A stretch of DNA of 64,000 bases from an uncultured Trueperaceae bacterium. Its GTDB lineage: Bacteria > Deinococcota > Deinococci > Deinococcales > Trueperaceae. How positions within the stretch are numbered: position 1 is the stretch's first letter; each line of letters opens with the position of its first letter. The translations under genes and the position numbers were made by a program. The notes under the pieces were generated by a model that saw only the letters and a program-made list of their open reading frames with translations, was not told the DNA's origin and did not search any database. The stretch lies in assembly GCA_963815215.1 (NCBI GenBank), contig CAWFFU010000004.1, positions 1-64,000 on the forward strand. Reading direction: 5' to 3'. Positions 13,690 to 23,460 of this stretch are shown in pieces.

Positions 13690-13733
13690 GGCATCGGGCG
13701 AGAGGGCATCGGGCGAGAGGGCATCGAGCGCGG
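13690..13733. repeat. 15-bp tandem repeat (GGCATCGGGCGAGAG, about 2.5-3 copies)
   Basis: Seen directly in the intergenic region. Confidence 0.8.
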
Positions 13734-13777
13734 GCAGGTCTAACCGTCCGTTAACGGGGGTTCGACATACTCCTCGC

Positions 13778-13825
13778 ATGCCTGCCCACGAAGCAACTCT
13801 CCCACATCCGTGGAGCGCGCGGTGA
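13778..13825 (+). CDS. Putative leaderless leader peptide MPAHEATLPHPWSAR coupled to the DoxX-like gene
   Basis: CATACT(13766-71)-N6-ATG; its TGA overlaps GTG 13822 (GTGA). Confidence 0.45.
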   Translation: MPAHEATLPHPWSAR

Positions 13826-14565
13826 GCGCGCGCGCGCAGGACACGGGGTCCCGCAGCCGCGCCGTCCTCCATCCCGGCGATCGAGCCGGCCTCCTTCTTC
13901 TGAGGCTGGGACTCGGTGGCGTGCTTGTCTGGTTCGGCGCGGCGGAGCTCCACGACCCCAGTTCCTGGGCGGTGTTCGTTCCCAAGCTGTTCGATCCCGT
14001 GCAGGCGCCGTTGATGTTCCTCCACGCCACGGCCTTGCTGGTGACCGGTGCGCTGCTGTTCGCCGGCATGTTCCACCGCCTGGCGGCCTGGCTCGGGGGG
14101 CTCATCCTGCTCGCTATCCTCGGCGCTCTGGCCATGACGGGCACCGTCGACAGCGTGTTCGTGCGCGACGTGGGCCTGGCCTGCGGCGCCTTCGCGCTGG
14201 CGCTCTCGCCTACCGCCGCGCAGCTCCCCGGCGTCGATCGCTGGCTGGCGCAGCGCCCGCAACGCGGGTACGTCGTGCCGGCGCTGTCCTACGCGGTCTT
14301 GCTCGCGGCCGTCGTGGGCGTCCTGGCGGCGACAGCGGCCCCGACCACGGGCTCCAGCACGGCCCTCAACAACCTCGGAGGTATGGGCGGCCTGTCGACG
14401 GTGGGCAGCGCGCCGTCCGGCGGCGCGTCGGGCCCCGCCACGTCCACCACCAGCACGTCCGCCGCCAGCACGTCCACCTCAAGCACGTCCACCTCAAGCA
14501 CGTCCACCGCCTCCACCGGCCTCGGCTCGGTCGGCGCCCTGGCACCGACCTCGAACGGCCACTGA
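13822..14565 (+). CDS. DoxX-like membrane protein with Ser/Thr-rich C-terminal tail
   Basis: LLRLGLGGVLVWFG...VRDVGL pattern, several TM segments, STSTS repeat tail. GTG 13822 has SD GGAG; GTG 13810 is an alternative start. Confidence 0.7.
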   Translation: MSARAQDTGSRSRAVLHPGDRAGLLLLRLGLGGVLVWFGAAELHDPSSWAVFVPKLFDPVQAPLMFLHATALLVTGALLFAGMFHRLAAWLGGLILLAILGALAMTGTVDSVFVRDVGLACGAFALALSPTAAQLPGVDRWLAQRPQRGYVVPALSYAVLLAAVVGVLAATAAPTTGSSTALNNLGGMGGLSTVGSAPSGGASGPATSTTSTSAASTSTSSTSTSSTSTASTGLGSVGALAPTSNGH

Positions 14566-14703
14566 CCGAACCCTGTCCGCGCCGCGCCGGCGCCCCAGGA
14601 CCGCAGCGTGTCGCGAGCGCGCCACGCTGCGGCGGGGCCCCGAGCGCTCCGGAACCCCGATCCAAGGTCGGCCATTCACGCCGACAAGCATAGGAGACCC
14701 ATC

Positions 14704-15207
14704 GTGAACGATCCCCAGTCCACCGCCTTCCGCCCGGCCGCCTCGGCCCGCCTCCGGCACGCCGTCGCTCCGCTCCTCGCGGCCGTTCTCATCGCCGGTG
14801 GGGTCGGTACCGCCGCCTTCGCGCAGGGCGGCACGAGCACCAACAACTCGACCTCGTCCACACAGTGCCGCCGCCTCCAGAACACGCAGTACTGGCCGGT
14901 CTCCAACCAGATCGCGCCGATGCCGAGCCCGGTGCCCAACAGGACCCAGGCGGCGCTGGACGGCTTCGTCGTCAACCCCCAGAAGAACGCCGACGGCACC
15001 ATCACCATCGACATCGAGCGGCAGGGCCGGTCCGACAACGAGACCAACGAGAAGGCCGACCAGGATGACATCAAGGTCGATGTCGCCAAGGGTCAGAAGC
15101 TCTACTTCCTCGAAGGGGAGATGGGCGACGACGCCGTGGGCATCGACACCCACCTCAACGACGAGGCGGTGGTCCTCACCGACGCGAACGGCTGCATCCT
15201 GAAGTGA
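14704..15207 (+). CDS. Secreted hypothetical protein with two Cys
   Basis: SD AGGAG then GTG; signal peptide ending AFA-Q; codon usage is typical of this genome. Confidence 0.75.
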   Translation: MNDPQSTAFRPAASARLRHAVAPLLAAVLIAGGVGTAAFAQGGTSTNNSTSSTQCRRLQNTQYWPVSNQIAPMPSPVPNRTQAALDGFVVNPQKNADGTITIDIERQGRSDNETNEKADQDDIKVDVAKGQKLYFLEGEMGDDAVGIDTHLNDEAVVLTDANGCILK

Positions 15208-15347
15208 AGTCCTGACAGCGGCCCGGGTTCCCACGTCCCCGTCGTTCCCACGCCCCGAACGCGCTTCCGTGCGCGGTCGGGGCGTACGCGTGTGCGGGGG
15301 GAGGGGGCTGTGAGGCCGGCGCCGGCACCCGCGTGCGGGGCGATGCG

Positions 15348-17321
15348 CTATGACCCGGGCGGCACGAAGCGCCCCGGGTACAGCGCCCGGTACACCGCGA
15401 TGTCCAGAAGCACGCTCTGCATGTACTCGCGCGTCTCCAGCGAGTCGATGGCGCGATAGAGGTCGTTCATGTTGCGCTTCACCTCGGGGCCGTCGAACAG
15501 ACGGCCGATGTAACCCTGCCCACGGTTGTACGAGGCCACCGCCAGCGCCCGGTCGCCGTGGAACTGCCGCATCAGGAAGCCCAGGTAGTAGGTGCCGTAG
15601 CGGATGTTGGCGGGGGCGTCGAAAGGATCGGCCGCCGGCGTGTCCCCCTGGAGCTGGCCCAGCCAGTCCCAGGTGGGCGGCGTGACCTGCATCAGGCCCA
15701 TGGCGTCGGAGCGCGACACCGCCACCGGGCTGAAGGCCGACTCCTTGCGCATGACAGCCCACACCAGCACCGGCGAGATGCCGGCCGCAGCGGCCTGTCG
15801 CTCCACGCTCGGGGCGTAGGCGGTGGGGTAGGCCAGGCGCCACACCTCGACCGAGCGGCTCCCCAGCGCGATGAGCTCGCGCGCGGCATAGACGCTCTGG
15901 CGGTACTCGTCGAGGCTCTGCAGCATCTGCGCGATCGACACGATCCGCGGCGCCTCGTCGAGGGAAGGCGGCGCGGAGGCGTCGGTGGTGGCGCCGAGGG
16001 CGCGAAGCTCGAAGAGCAGCTCGCCGACCGCCGCAGGGGTGTCGTGCACCCCGACCAGGGCCCGGGCGAGCTGCAGCGTGGTGGCGGCCGATCCCGTGGG
16101 CGACGTGCCGGCCGCTCCGGCGCTCGTGCCGACGGCTGCGCCGGGGGCGTCCCCGAGCAGCGGGCCGGTCGCCGTGGCGTCGGTTGGGCCGGCGCCCGTG
16201 GCGCGACCTCCGGCCGCCGGGCCGGCGTGCGGGTCGGTGATCACCGCCCCTGGGGTCGCCGGTGTGGGCACGTCGAGGTGGCGTCCCAGCTCGAGCGCGA
16301 AGAAGCTGGTGTCGGGCACCAGTGCGGCCGCTCTACGGGCGACGTCGGGCATCTTCAACCGCTCGGCCAGCACGTAGGCGCGGTAGGCGGCGTCGTCGGT
16401 GTAGGCGCTGCTGCCGCGCGCCAGCTGCAGGTAGATGGGGATGGCGTCGGCGTAGCGCTGCTTGCCCTCCAGCAAGGTGGTGGCGCGCCACAGGTCGTCG
16501 GCGCGGTGCGTGCTCTCCAGCAGCGCCACGGCGGCGTCGACGTCGCCGTGGCGGTTGGCGATGAGGGCCCGGCCGTACAGAGCGCTGGCGCCGGGCAGGG
16601 CGGCGAAGATGCGGCCGGCCTCGGCGTCCTGCCCGAGGTAGAACAGCGTCCAGGCCAGGCCACCGCGTGCCGTGGCGTCGCCCGGGGCCTGGGCCACCCA
16701 GCGTCGGTAGGCGGTCAGTGCCGCCGGGTAGTGATCGAGGCCGAGTTCAGCCTGCGCGCGGACGGGGGCATCCGGGAGGTCGCCCAGGGCGTCGAGCGTG
16801 TCCTGGTAGAGGCGGGCGTCGAGCAGGTCCTGCGCCAACGCGCGCCGGTCGCCCACCAGCCGGTACAGCCCCTCCAGCGCTCCCTTCAGGGGGAGCGCCT
16901 GGCGGTAGTAGGTCACGGCCGCGTCCACGGCGCCGGCCTGCTCGGCCGTGCGGCCCGCTTCCAGGTGGAGCGCCCGCGCCTCGTCGCGGGCCAGCGGGTC
17001 GTCGATGCGCAGGCGCAGGGCGCGCCGGTAGTAGGCGAGGCGGGTGGCGGCGTCGATGGTCTTCCAACGCGCCAGCTCGAGCGCCGCACGGTAGGCGAGG
17101 TACCCGTCGGAACCGGCCGCCAGGCGTTGCAGCGTGAGGGCGTCGCCGGAGCGGACCGCTTCCCGGAAGCTGCCGTAGGGCTGCAATGGCGCCACCGCAT
17201 AAGGGTCGTAGACGGCGGCCAGACTGGCGTCGGCGACGCTGTGGCGGGGCACGGACACGGCCCCGAACAGCAGCCCGCAACCCACCACCAGCGATACGAG
17301 GAGCATCCGGCGACGGGACAT
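15348..17321 (-). CDS. Soluble lytic transglycosylase (Slt-type) with TPR-like helical repeats
   Basis: ESAFSP, GLMQV and ASYNRG SLT motifs; N-terminal signal/TM segment. Confidence 0.9.
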   Translation of the reverse strand: MSRRRMLLVSLVVGCGLLFGAVSVPRHSVADASLAAVYDPYAVAPLQPYGSFREAVRSGDALTLQRLAAGSDGYLAYRAALELARWKTIDAATRLAYYRRALRLRIDDPLARDEARALHLEAGRTAEQAGAVDAAVTYYRQALPLKGALEGLYRLVGDRRALAQDLLDARLYQDTLDALGDLPDAPVRAQAELGLDHYPAALTAYRRWVAQAPGDATARGGLAWTLFYLGQDAEAGRIFAALPGASALYGRALIANRHGDVDAAVALLESTHRADDLWRATTLLEGKQRYADAIPIYLQLARGSSAYTDDAAYRAYVLAERLKMPDVARRAAALVPDTSFFALELGRHLDVPTPATPGAVITDPHAGPAAGGRATGAGPTDATATGPLLGDAPGAAVGTSAGAAGTSPTGSAATTLQLARALVGVHDTPAAVGELLFELRALGATTDASAPPSLDEAPRIVSIAQMLQSLDEYRQSVYAARELIALGSRSVEVWRLAYPTAYAPSVERQAAAAGISPVLVWAVMRKESAFSPVAVSRSDAMGLMQVTPPTWDWLGQLQGDTPAADPFDAPANIRYGTYYLGFLMRQFHGDRALAVASYNRGQGYIGRLFDGPEVKRNMNDLYRAIDSLETREYMQSVLLDIAVYRALYPGRFVPPGS

Positions 17322-17552
17322 GGCCCAGTCTACGGGGGGCAGGTGTGTGGTTCTGCGAGGTCGTTCCCACAGCCCGGGAATCCCCCATCTGGACACGGAA
17401 TTGAGTGCCTTGCACTCATGGATTCTGCGGCCGAGGTGAGAAGTGTGTTACAGTGTCGGACGGTCAGCTTGATCCAAGCGCCCGTTCGCCTGCTCCCATT
17501 CAGGAGACAGACTCATTCCGTTCTACGTGCCCGTCACTCCGGAGGTACCTAT

Positions 17553-18503
17553 ATGAAACGACTGACCGTGTTCACGCTTCTCGCAGCTATGCTCGTCGGA
17601 GGCCTCGCCTTCGCCCAGCAGTACAAGAACGACGCCCCCATCCGCGTAGGCTCCAAGCAGTTCACCGAGCAGATCGTGCTCGGCAAGATCATCGTCGAAG
17701 CCCTGCGCGCCAACGGTTACCAGGTCACCGACCAGACCAATCTGGGCGGCACCGCGGTCGTGCGCAAGGCGCTGACCAACGGGGAGATCGACGTCTACCC
17801 CAACTACACGGGCACCGCGATCAGCAACTGGTACCGCGACACCAAGTGGGCGCAGGACTCGATCCCGGCCGGTGCGTCGGGTAACGCCTACCAGTCGTAC
17901 TCCATCGTGAGCTCGCTCGACGCCGCCCTGAACGATCTGGTGTGGCTCGAGCCGGCCCCGGCCAACAACACCTACGCTCTTGCCGTGACCGCGGCGTTCG
18001 CCAAGGAGCACAACCTCGCCACCGTGGCCGACCTGGCCAAGTACATCAACGGCGGCGGCCAGGTGAAGCTCGCCACGGGTGACGAGTTCGCGCAGCGCCC
18101 CGACGGCGTCGCCTCCTTCGAGAAGACCTACGGCTTCAAGTTCAAGGAGAGCCAGATGCTCGTCATCGCCGGCGCCACGCCCGCGCAGACCGAGCAGGCG
18201 CTGAACAACGGCTCCAACGGCGTCAACATCGCCATGGCCTACGGCACCGACGGCGCCCTCAAGGCCTACAACTTCGTCGTCCTGAAGGACCCGGAAGGCG
18301 CGCAGCCGGTGTTCGCGCCCACCCCGGTGTTCCGCGGCGCGGTCATCCGCAAGTACCCGGAGATCGTCGGCATCCTCAACCCCATCTGGGCCAAGTTCAC
18401 CACCGAGGAGCTCCAGAACCTCAACGCCAAGGTCGAGGTCGACGGTCAGAACCCCGATCAGGTCGCCAAGGACTTCCTCAAGCAGAACGGCTTCATCAAG
18501 TAG
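17553..18503 (+). CDS. Glycine betaine/osmoprotectant ABC substrate-binding protein (OsmF/YehZ-like)
   Basis: IRVGSKQFTEQ, NNTYALAV, AYGTDG; SD GGAGGT. Confidence 0.92.
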   Translation: MKRLTVFTLLAAMLVGGLAFAQQYKNDAPIRVGSKQFTEQIVLGKIIVEALRANGYQVTDQTNLGGTAVVRKALTNGEIDVYPNYTGTAISNWYRDTKWAQDSIPAGASGNAYQSYSIVSSLDAALNDLVWLEPAPANNTYALAVTAAFAKEHNLATVADLAKYINGGGQVKLATGDEFAQRPDGVASFEKTYGFKFKESQMLVIAGATPAQTEQALNNGSNGVNIAMAYGTDGALKAYNFVVLKDPEGAQPVFAPTPVFRGAVIRKYPEIVGILNPIWAKFTTEELQNLNAKVEVDGQNPDQVAKDFLKQNGFIK

Positions 18504-18517
18504 GGGGCCGAGCACAT

Positions 18518-18550
18518 GGCGAGGGGCCGACCGGCCCCTCGCCGCTTTTC
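18518..18550 (+). terminator. Intrinsic terminator-like hairpin after the binding-protein gene
   Basis: GGCGAGGGGCCG-AC-CGGCCCCTCGCC followed by GCTTTTC. Confidence 0.6.
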
Positions 18551-18706
18551 TATCTTGTGTTCATGCGAAACGCGCACAGACGCCCTGCCGCGCCCTCGAC
18601 AGTGACGCCTCCTCGGACCGCGCGCAGCTCGCGGCCGTTGGCGGATCGGGCGGACGTCCCGGCGTAGCGGCGCTCCCGGAGGACGGGGGAGCCGCGCATC
18701 CTGGAG

Positions 18707-20356
18707 GTGAGCGCCATTCCGAATCGCATCGCCATGTTGGGCAGCGTCGTGGCAGGACTCGGCTTCTTCTTCCTGCCGGTCGTGTCGCTCAAACCCAACC
18801 GTCTCGCGGCTGGGGTGCCCTTCAACCTATTGCAGCTCCAAGGCGACTACCGCTACGTCCTGCTCTTCGCGCTGGCACTGCTGCCGTTCGTCGTCGCGTT
18901 CCGCAAGGACTTCGGGACGCGCGGCTGGCTGCTGGTGGGCCTGGGCAACTTGCTGCTCCTGCTCACGCTGCTGCTCCCCGCGATGGCGGGCGAGCACCTG
19001 CTGGCGAACGCCAAGCAGTTCCTCGGTGAGAACGCCTTCGTGCGAAACCCGCGCGTGCTGCCCACCGGCGGCCTCGCGCTGGGGCTGGCCGGCGGCTACA
19101 TGACGCTCTTCGGGGGGCTGCACGACCTCGAGCGCTCGGGCGTGCAGCGTTGGATCCGTGGCCTCGCGGCGTGGGGCGGCGTGGTCCTCATCGGCATCCT
19201 GCTGGCGACCGGCACCTTCGATGTCTACTCGATCATGGTGGAGTTCCACACCAACGGTGCCCTGCTGCAGCAGAAGTTCGTCGAGCACCTGATGTTCGTC
19301 ATGGTCTCGCTGGTGGTCGGCTTCGTGGTCGGCGTCGGCCTGGGCCTGTGGGCCTCGCGCGACGAGCGCGTCGCCAACGTCATCCTCTACGCCGTCGGCA
19401 TCATCCAGACCATCCCCAGCCTGGCGCTCTTCGGCGTCCTACTGGTGCCGCTGGCCCGCCTGGGCGACGCCCGCTTCGTGCCGGTCGCCGTCTTCTTCGG
19501 GGTCTCGGTGCTGATTGCGATCGGCGTGGGCCTGGCGTACCGTTTCCTGGCCTCGCGCCTTCCCGGGCGTCTGCGAACGCTGATGCTGATCGTCACGGCG
19601 GTCGTCGCCGCGGTGCCGCTGGTGCTCTTCACCGGCGTCTTCGTGAGCTTCGTCTACCGGGGCGCGCGCATCGGCTTCGGTGGAGGTAGCTTCAACGGCA
19701 TCGACGCCGGCATCGGGTGGTTCGTCGTCGCCGGGCTGGCGCTGTGGATGGCCCGTCGCTGGCTGTTCAAGCGCGAGGGCGCCTTCAACAAGGTGCTCCG
19801 CTACGGCTACCTGCTCTCGTACGTGGGAGCGGTGGTCACCTTCCTGATCATGATGGTGCGGGCGGCCGGCACCGACCAGTTCCTGGGCAGCGTTCCCAGC
19901 CTCGGTGCGCTGACGGTGCGCAACCTCGGGGTGTCGGGCATCGGGGTGGCGCCGGCCCTGGTGGCCCTGACGCTGTACTCGCTGCTGCCGCTGGTGCGCA
20001 ACACCTACGCGGGCCTGGAGAACGTCGACAACGCCATCATCGACTCCGGCCGCGGCATGGGGATGACGCCGGCGCAGATCTTCTTCCAGATCGAGCTGCC
20101 ACTGGCCTTCCCCGTGATCATGGCCGGCGTCCGCAACGCCGGCGTGGCCCTCGTCGGTATCGGCACCGTCGCCACCGTCATCGGCGCCGGCGGGCTCGGC
20201 GACTTCGTCATCCAGGGCATCGTCAACACCTCGATCGACCAGATCCTGCTGGGCGTCCTGCCCGCCATCGCGTTGGCGATGGTCCTCGACGCGCTGCTGC
20301 GTTTCGTCGAGGGGCTCCTCACCTCGCCAGGCATCCGCCATGTCCAGAACATCTAG
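18707..20356 (+). CDS. Osmoprotectant ABC permease (YehY-like) with extra TM insertion
   Basis: PNRL, IQTIPSLALFG, LLPLVRNTY, GMGMT, IGAGGLG. Start is uncertain. Confidence 0.88.
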   Translation: MSAIPNRIAMLGSVVAGLGFFFLPVVSLKPNRLAAGVPFNLLQLQGDYRYVLLFALALLPFVVAFRKDFGTRGWLLVGLGNLLLLLTLLLPAMAGEHLLANAKQFLGENAFVRNPRVLPTGGLALGLAGGYMTLFGGLHDLERSGVQRWIRGLAAWGGVVLIGILLATGTFDVYSIMVEFHTNGALLQQKFVEHLMFVMVSLVVGFVVGVGLGLWASRDERVANVILYAVGIIQTIPSLALFGVLLVPLARLGDARFVPVAVFFGVSVLIAIGVGLAYRFLASRLPGRLRTLMLIVTAVVAAVPLVLFTGVFVSFVYRGARIGFGGGSFNGIDAGIGWFVVAGLALWMARRWLFKREGAFNKVLRYGYLLSYVGAVVTFLIMMVRAAGTDQFLGSVPSLGALTVRNLGVSGIGVAPALVALTLYSLLPLVRNTYAGLENVDNAIIDSGRGMGMTPAQIFFQIELPLAFPVIMAGVRNAGVALVGIGTVATVIGAGGLGDFVIQGIVNTSIDQILLGVLPAIALAMVLDALLRFVEGLLTSPGIRHVQNI

Positions 20357-20365
20357 GAGGAACCC

Positions 20366-21496
20366 GTGATCGAGTTCCAGAACGTCGTCAAGCAGTTCCC
20401 GGACGGCTTCCGGGCCGTGAACGGGCTGTCCCTCACCATCCATGATGGTGAGATCACCGTCCTGATCGGACCGTCCGGCTGCGGCAAGACCACGTCCATG
20501 CGCATGGTGAACCGGCTGCTGTCGATCACCGAGGGCAAGATCCTGGTGGAGGGCCGCGACAACCGCGACTTCCAGGTGGAGGAGCTGCGCCGCAAGATCG
20601 GCTACGCCATCCAGCAGATCGGCCTCTTCCCGCACATGACCGTGCTCGAGAACATCGCGGTGGTCCCGCGGCTGTTGAGCTGGGAGGAGGACCGCATCCG
20701 CAAGCGCTCGGACGAGCTCCTCGAGTTGGTCGGCCTCGACCCGGACGTCAATCGTGACAAGTACCCGCGCCAGCTCTCCGGTGGGCAGCAGCAGCGCGTG
20801 GGGGTGGCCCGGGCGCTCAGCGCCGACCCGCCCATCATGCTGATGGACGAGCCCTTCGGCGCTATCGACCCGATCACGCGCGAGGTGCTGCAAGACGAGT
20901 TCCTGGAGATCCAGAAGCGCATCAGCAAGACGATCATCTTCGTCACGCACGACATCGACGAAGCCATCAAGATGGGCGACCGCATCGCCATCCTGCGCGA
21001 GGGCTCGCTGGTGCAGTACGACACGCCCGACACCCTGCTGGCCAGGCCCAAGAACCGCTTCGTGCGCGACTTCGTCGGCGCCGACCGGCAGCTCAAGCGC
21101 CTCGGCCTGCTGCGGGTGCGCGAGCTCATGGTCAAGGACTCGCCGGTGGTCAACCTTCGCGCGAGCGCCGAGGACGCCAGGCGGGCCATCGAGAAAGCCG
21201 CCGCCAAGAGCGCCTTCGTGGTCGACGAGGACGGCGTTCTGCGCGGCTGGGTCGACCGCGAGGGCCTGCGCGAGAACCCCGATTCGCTGCTCGACGCCAT
21301 GAACGAGGGCGAGTACCGCGAGATCGGCGTGCGTCAGAGCGCCACGGCGCGAGAGGCGCTGTCGGCCATGGTGGCCCGCGGTTTCCGCATCACTCCCGTC
21401 GTCGACGAGAAGGGCGTTCTGGTGGGCAACATCACGCTGCGCGCCCTACAAGAGCTGGCGGACCAGGGCTGGGTCGAAGGCGAGCAGGCATCGTGA
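20366..21496 (+). CDS. Osmoprotectant ABC ATP-binding protein with CBS domains
   Basis: GPSGCGKT, LSGGQQQR, DEPFGAIDP; C-terminal CBS pair. Confidence 0.94.
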   Translation: MIEFQNVVKQFPDGFRAVNGLSLTIHDGEITVLIGPSGCGKTTSMRMVNRLLSITEGKILVEGRDNRDFQVEELRRKIGYAIQQIGLFPHMTVLENIAVVPRLLSWEEDRIRKRSDELLELVGLDPDVNRDKYPRQLSGGQQQRVGVARALSADPPIMLMDEPFGAIDPITREVLQDEFLEIQKRISKTIIFVTHDIDEAIKMGDRIAILREGSLVQYDTPDTLLARPKNRFVRDFVGADRQLKRLGLLRVRELMVKDSPVVNLRASAEDARRAIEKAAAKSAFVVDEDGVLRGWVDREGLRENPDSLLDAMNEGEYREIGVRQSATAREALSAMVARGFRITPVVDEKGVLVGNITLRALQELADQGWVEGEQAS

Positions 21497-22623
21497 GTGG
21501 GCTGCGCCGCTTCCTCACGCCGGCGGCGCTGGTCTGGCTGGGGTTCGCCGTGCTCCTGTTCGTCCTGCTGGCGGTGCGCGAACCCATCCACGACCCGCAG
21601 CTCCGAGCGGCGGGCGTCACGAACGCCACGATCGTGCCCGACCTGTGGCTGCCGGTATTCAAGGTCAACGGCAGTACTTTGCTCGACATCAAGGGAAGCG
21701 ACGACCTGCGGGTGCTCACCTTCGGCATCCTTCCCGCCGTCGTCAGCGATAGCCCCAACCCGGCCGACACCGGCGACAAGGCCGGGGCTCCGGTGCGGGT
21801 CAGTCTGGGCTGGTTCGCGCTGTTCATGGTGCTGGTCGAGGGACTGCTCGGCATGCGCTATGCCCACAGGGACGAGAAGCTGGTGAGGCCCCTGGTCCGC
21901 GCCGCGGGGATCTTCCTCGTCATCTGGTCGTTCTACGGCCATGAGCCGTTCTGGGACTGGATGCTCCATGGCATCTTCCCGACCAGCCCCGACCTGCTGT
22001 ACAACTCCAACACCGTGATCAGCATGGCCGGACAGCACCTCACGCTGGTGGTGGTCTCGTCGATCATCACCGTGGCGATCGGCCTGCTGCTGGGCATCAT
22101 GGTCACGCGCGCGGAGTTCCGCGAGTTCCTGCCGCTGGTTTCCGACATCGTGAACTCCGGCCAGACCGTGCCCACCCTGGGCATCGTGGCCATCATGGCC
22201 CCCATCATCGGCTTCGGTTTCTGGCCGGCCATCGTGGCGCTCATCCTCTACGGCCTGCTGCCGGTGGTGCGCAACACCATCGTCGGCCTGGAGGGGATCG
22301 ACCCCTCCATGATCGACGCGGCCAAGGGGATGGGCATGACGCCCAGCCAGATCCTGTGGAAGATCGAGGTCCCCAACGCCAGCCGCATCATCCTGGCCGG
22401 CGTGCGCACCAGCGTGGTCATCAACGTGGGCACCGCGGCGCTGGGCGCCTACGTAGGCTCGGGCGGCTTCGGCAACCCGATCGCGTCGGGGCTCAACCAG
22501 GCGATCCAGCCCTGGGTGCTGCTGGGGGCGCTGGGGGCGGCTCTGTTGGCCATCCTGCTCGACTACATCCTCGGCCGCGTGGAGTACGTGATGACGCCCA
22601 AGGGACTGATCATCGAGGGCTGA
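21493..22623 (+). CDS. Osmoprotectant ABC permease (YehW-like)
   Basis: GQTVPTL, YGLLPVVRNT, AAKGMGMT. Confidence 0.9.
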   Translation: MSGLRRFLTPAALVWLGFAVLLFVLLAVREPIHDPQLRAAGVTNATIVPDLWLPVFKVNGSTLLDIKGSDDLRVLTFGILPAVVSDSPNPADTGDKAGAPVRVSLGWFALFMVLVEGLLGMRYAHRDEKLVRPLVRAAGIFLVIWSFYGHEPFWDWMLHGIFPTSPDLLYNSNTVISMAGQHLTLVVVSSIITVAIGLLLGIMVTRAEFREFLPLVSDIVNSGQTVPTLGIVAIMAPIIGFGFWPAIVALILYGLLPVVRNTIVGLEGIDPSMIDAAKGMGMTPSQILWKIEVPNASRIILAGVRTSVVINVGTAALGAYVGSGGFGNPIASGLNQAIQPWVLLGALGAALLAILLDYILGRVEYVMTPKGLIIEG

Positions 22624-22970
22624 GGCGCTCCCAGCGGCGCCCGTGCGCCGGCACGCCCGCGTTCCGAAGGCGAGGGGGTGGACCGCCCCGTCGCCGGCGT
22701 GCCGACCGACCGCTGCCGGGCGCCATGCGTGGCGTGTTGCACGCGTTCCCGGCGCGGGATGCCGTACACTGACGGCGGCCGGCCGGGACCGGTACGCCGA
22801 CGTGCACCCGAAGCGCACGTGGAGCCCGCCGAAGGGGTGACGGAACTCGAACGGCATGCACGCCGGGCGCGGGCTAGAATGGCTCGCACAGCCAGCGAAT
22901 GCACCGGCCCGCCTCCCGCGTGGGGGTAGGCCCAATCTTCGACAGGCATCGGGCAACACGGAGGTTCACG

Positions 22971-23438
22971 GTGGCTAGAGTACGTGTCACACAGGAGGGG
23001 TACGAGCGCCTTCGGGCAACGCTCGAACAGGAGCGCGAGCGCCTGGACGAGGCGACGCGCATCCTCCGGGAGCTCACGGGCTCGTCGGACGACTACGACG
23101 ACTCGGGGCTCGAGGAAGCCAAGCGCGAGAAGGGTCGCATCGAGGAGCGCGTCGACAACCTCGAGGACCAGCTCGATCGCGCCGAGATCATCGAGGCCCA
23201 CAAGATGGACAGCGTCGAGCTGGGCGCGGTGGTGACCCTACAGGAGAGCGCCTCGAAGGAGGCCTTCGAGATCCAGGTGGTCTCGCCGGTCGAGGCCGGC
23301 GTGCTGGAGGGAGACATCCCCAAGGTCTCGGATGAGTCGCCGCTGGGCAAGGCGGTGCTGGGGCGCAAGCCGGGGGAGACGTTCAAGGTCACCATCAACA
23401 ACAAGTCGACCAAGTACACGCTGATGTCGATCAGCTGA
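22971..23438 (+). CDS. gfh1: Gre factor homolog Gfh1 (RNAP secondary-channel inhibitor)
   Basis: Gre fold with tip SSDDYDDSGL instead of the GreA GDLSENAEY; SD GGAGG then GTG. Confidence 0.85.
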   Translation: MARVRVTQEGYERLRATLEQERERLDEATRILRELTGSSDDYDDSGLEEAKREKGRIEERVDNLEDQLDRAEIIEAHKMDSVELGAVVTLQESASKEAFEIQVVSPVEAGVLEGDIPKVSDESPLGKAVLGRKPGETFKVTINNKSTKYTLMSIS

Positions 23439-23460
23439 TCGCATAACGGGCGGCGTCGGT

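Noticed and set aside
17410..17436. CIRCE (HrcA) element
   Set aside because: GCACTC and GAGTGC half-sites are in the wrong order and spacing, and the right half at N9 does not match.
15558..17552. 981-aa ORF apparently fusing an N-terminal extension to the osmoprotectant binding protein
   Set aside because: The extension is the antisense shadow of slt; the real start is ATG 17553 with an SD and signal peptide.
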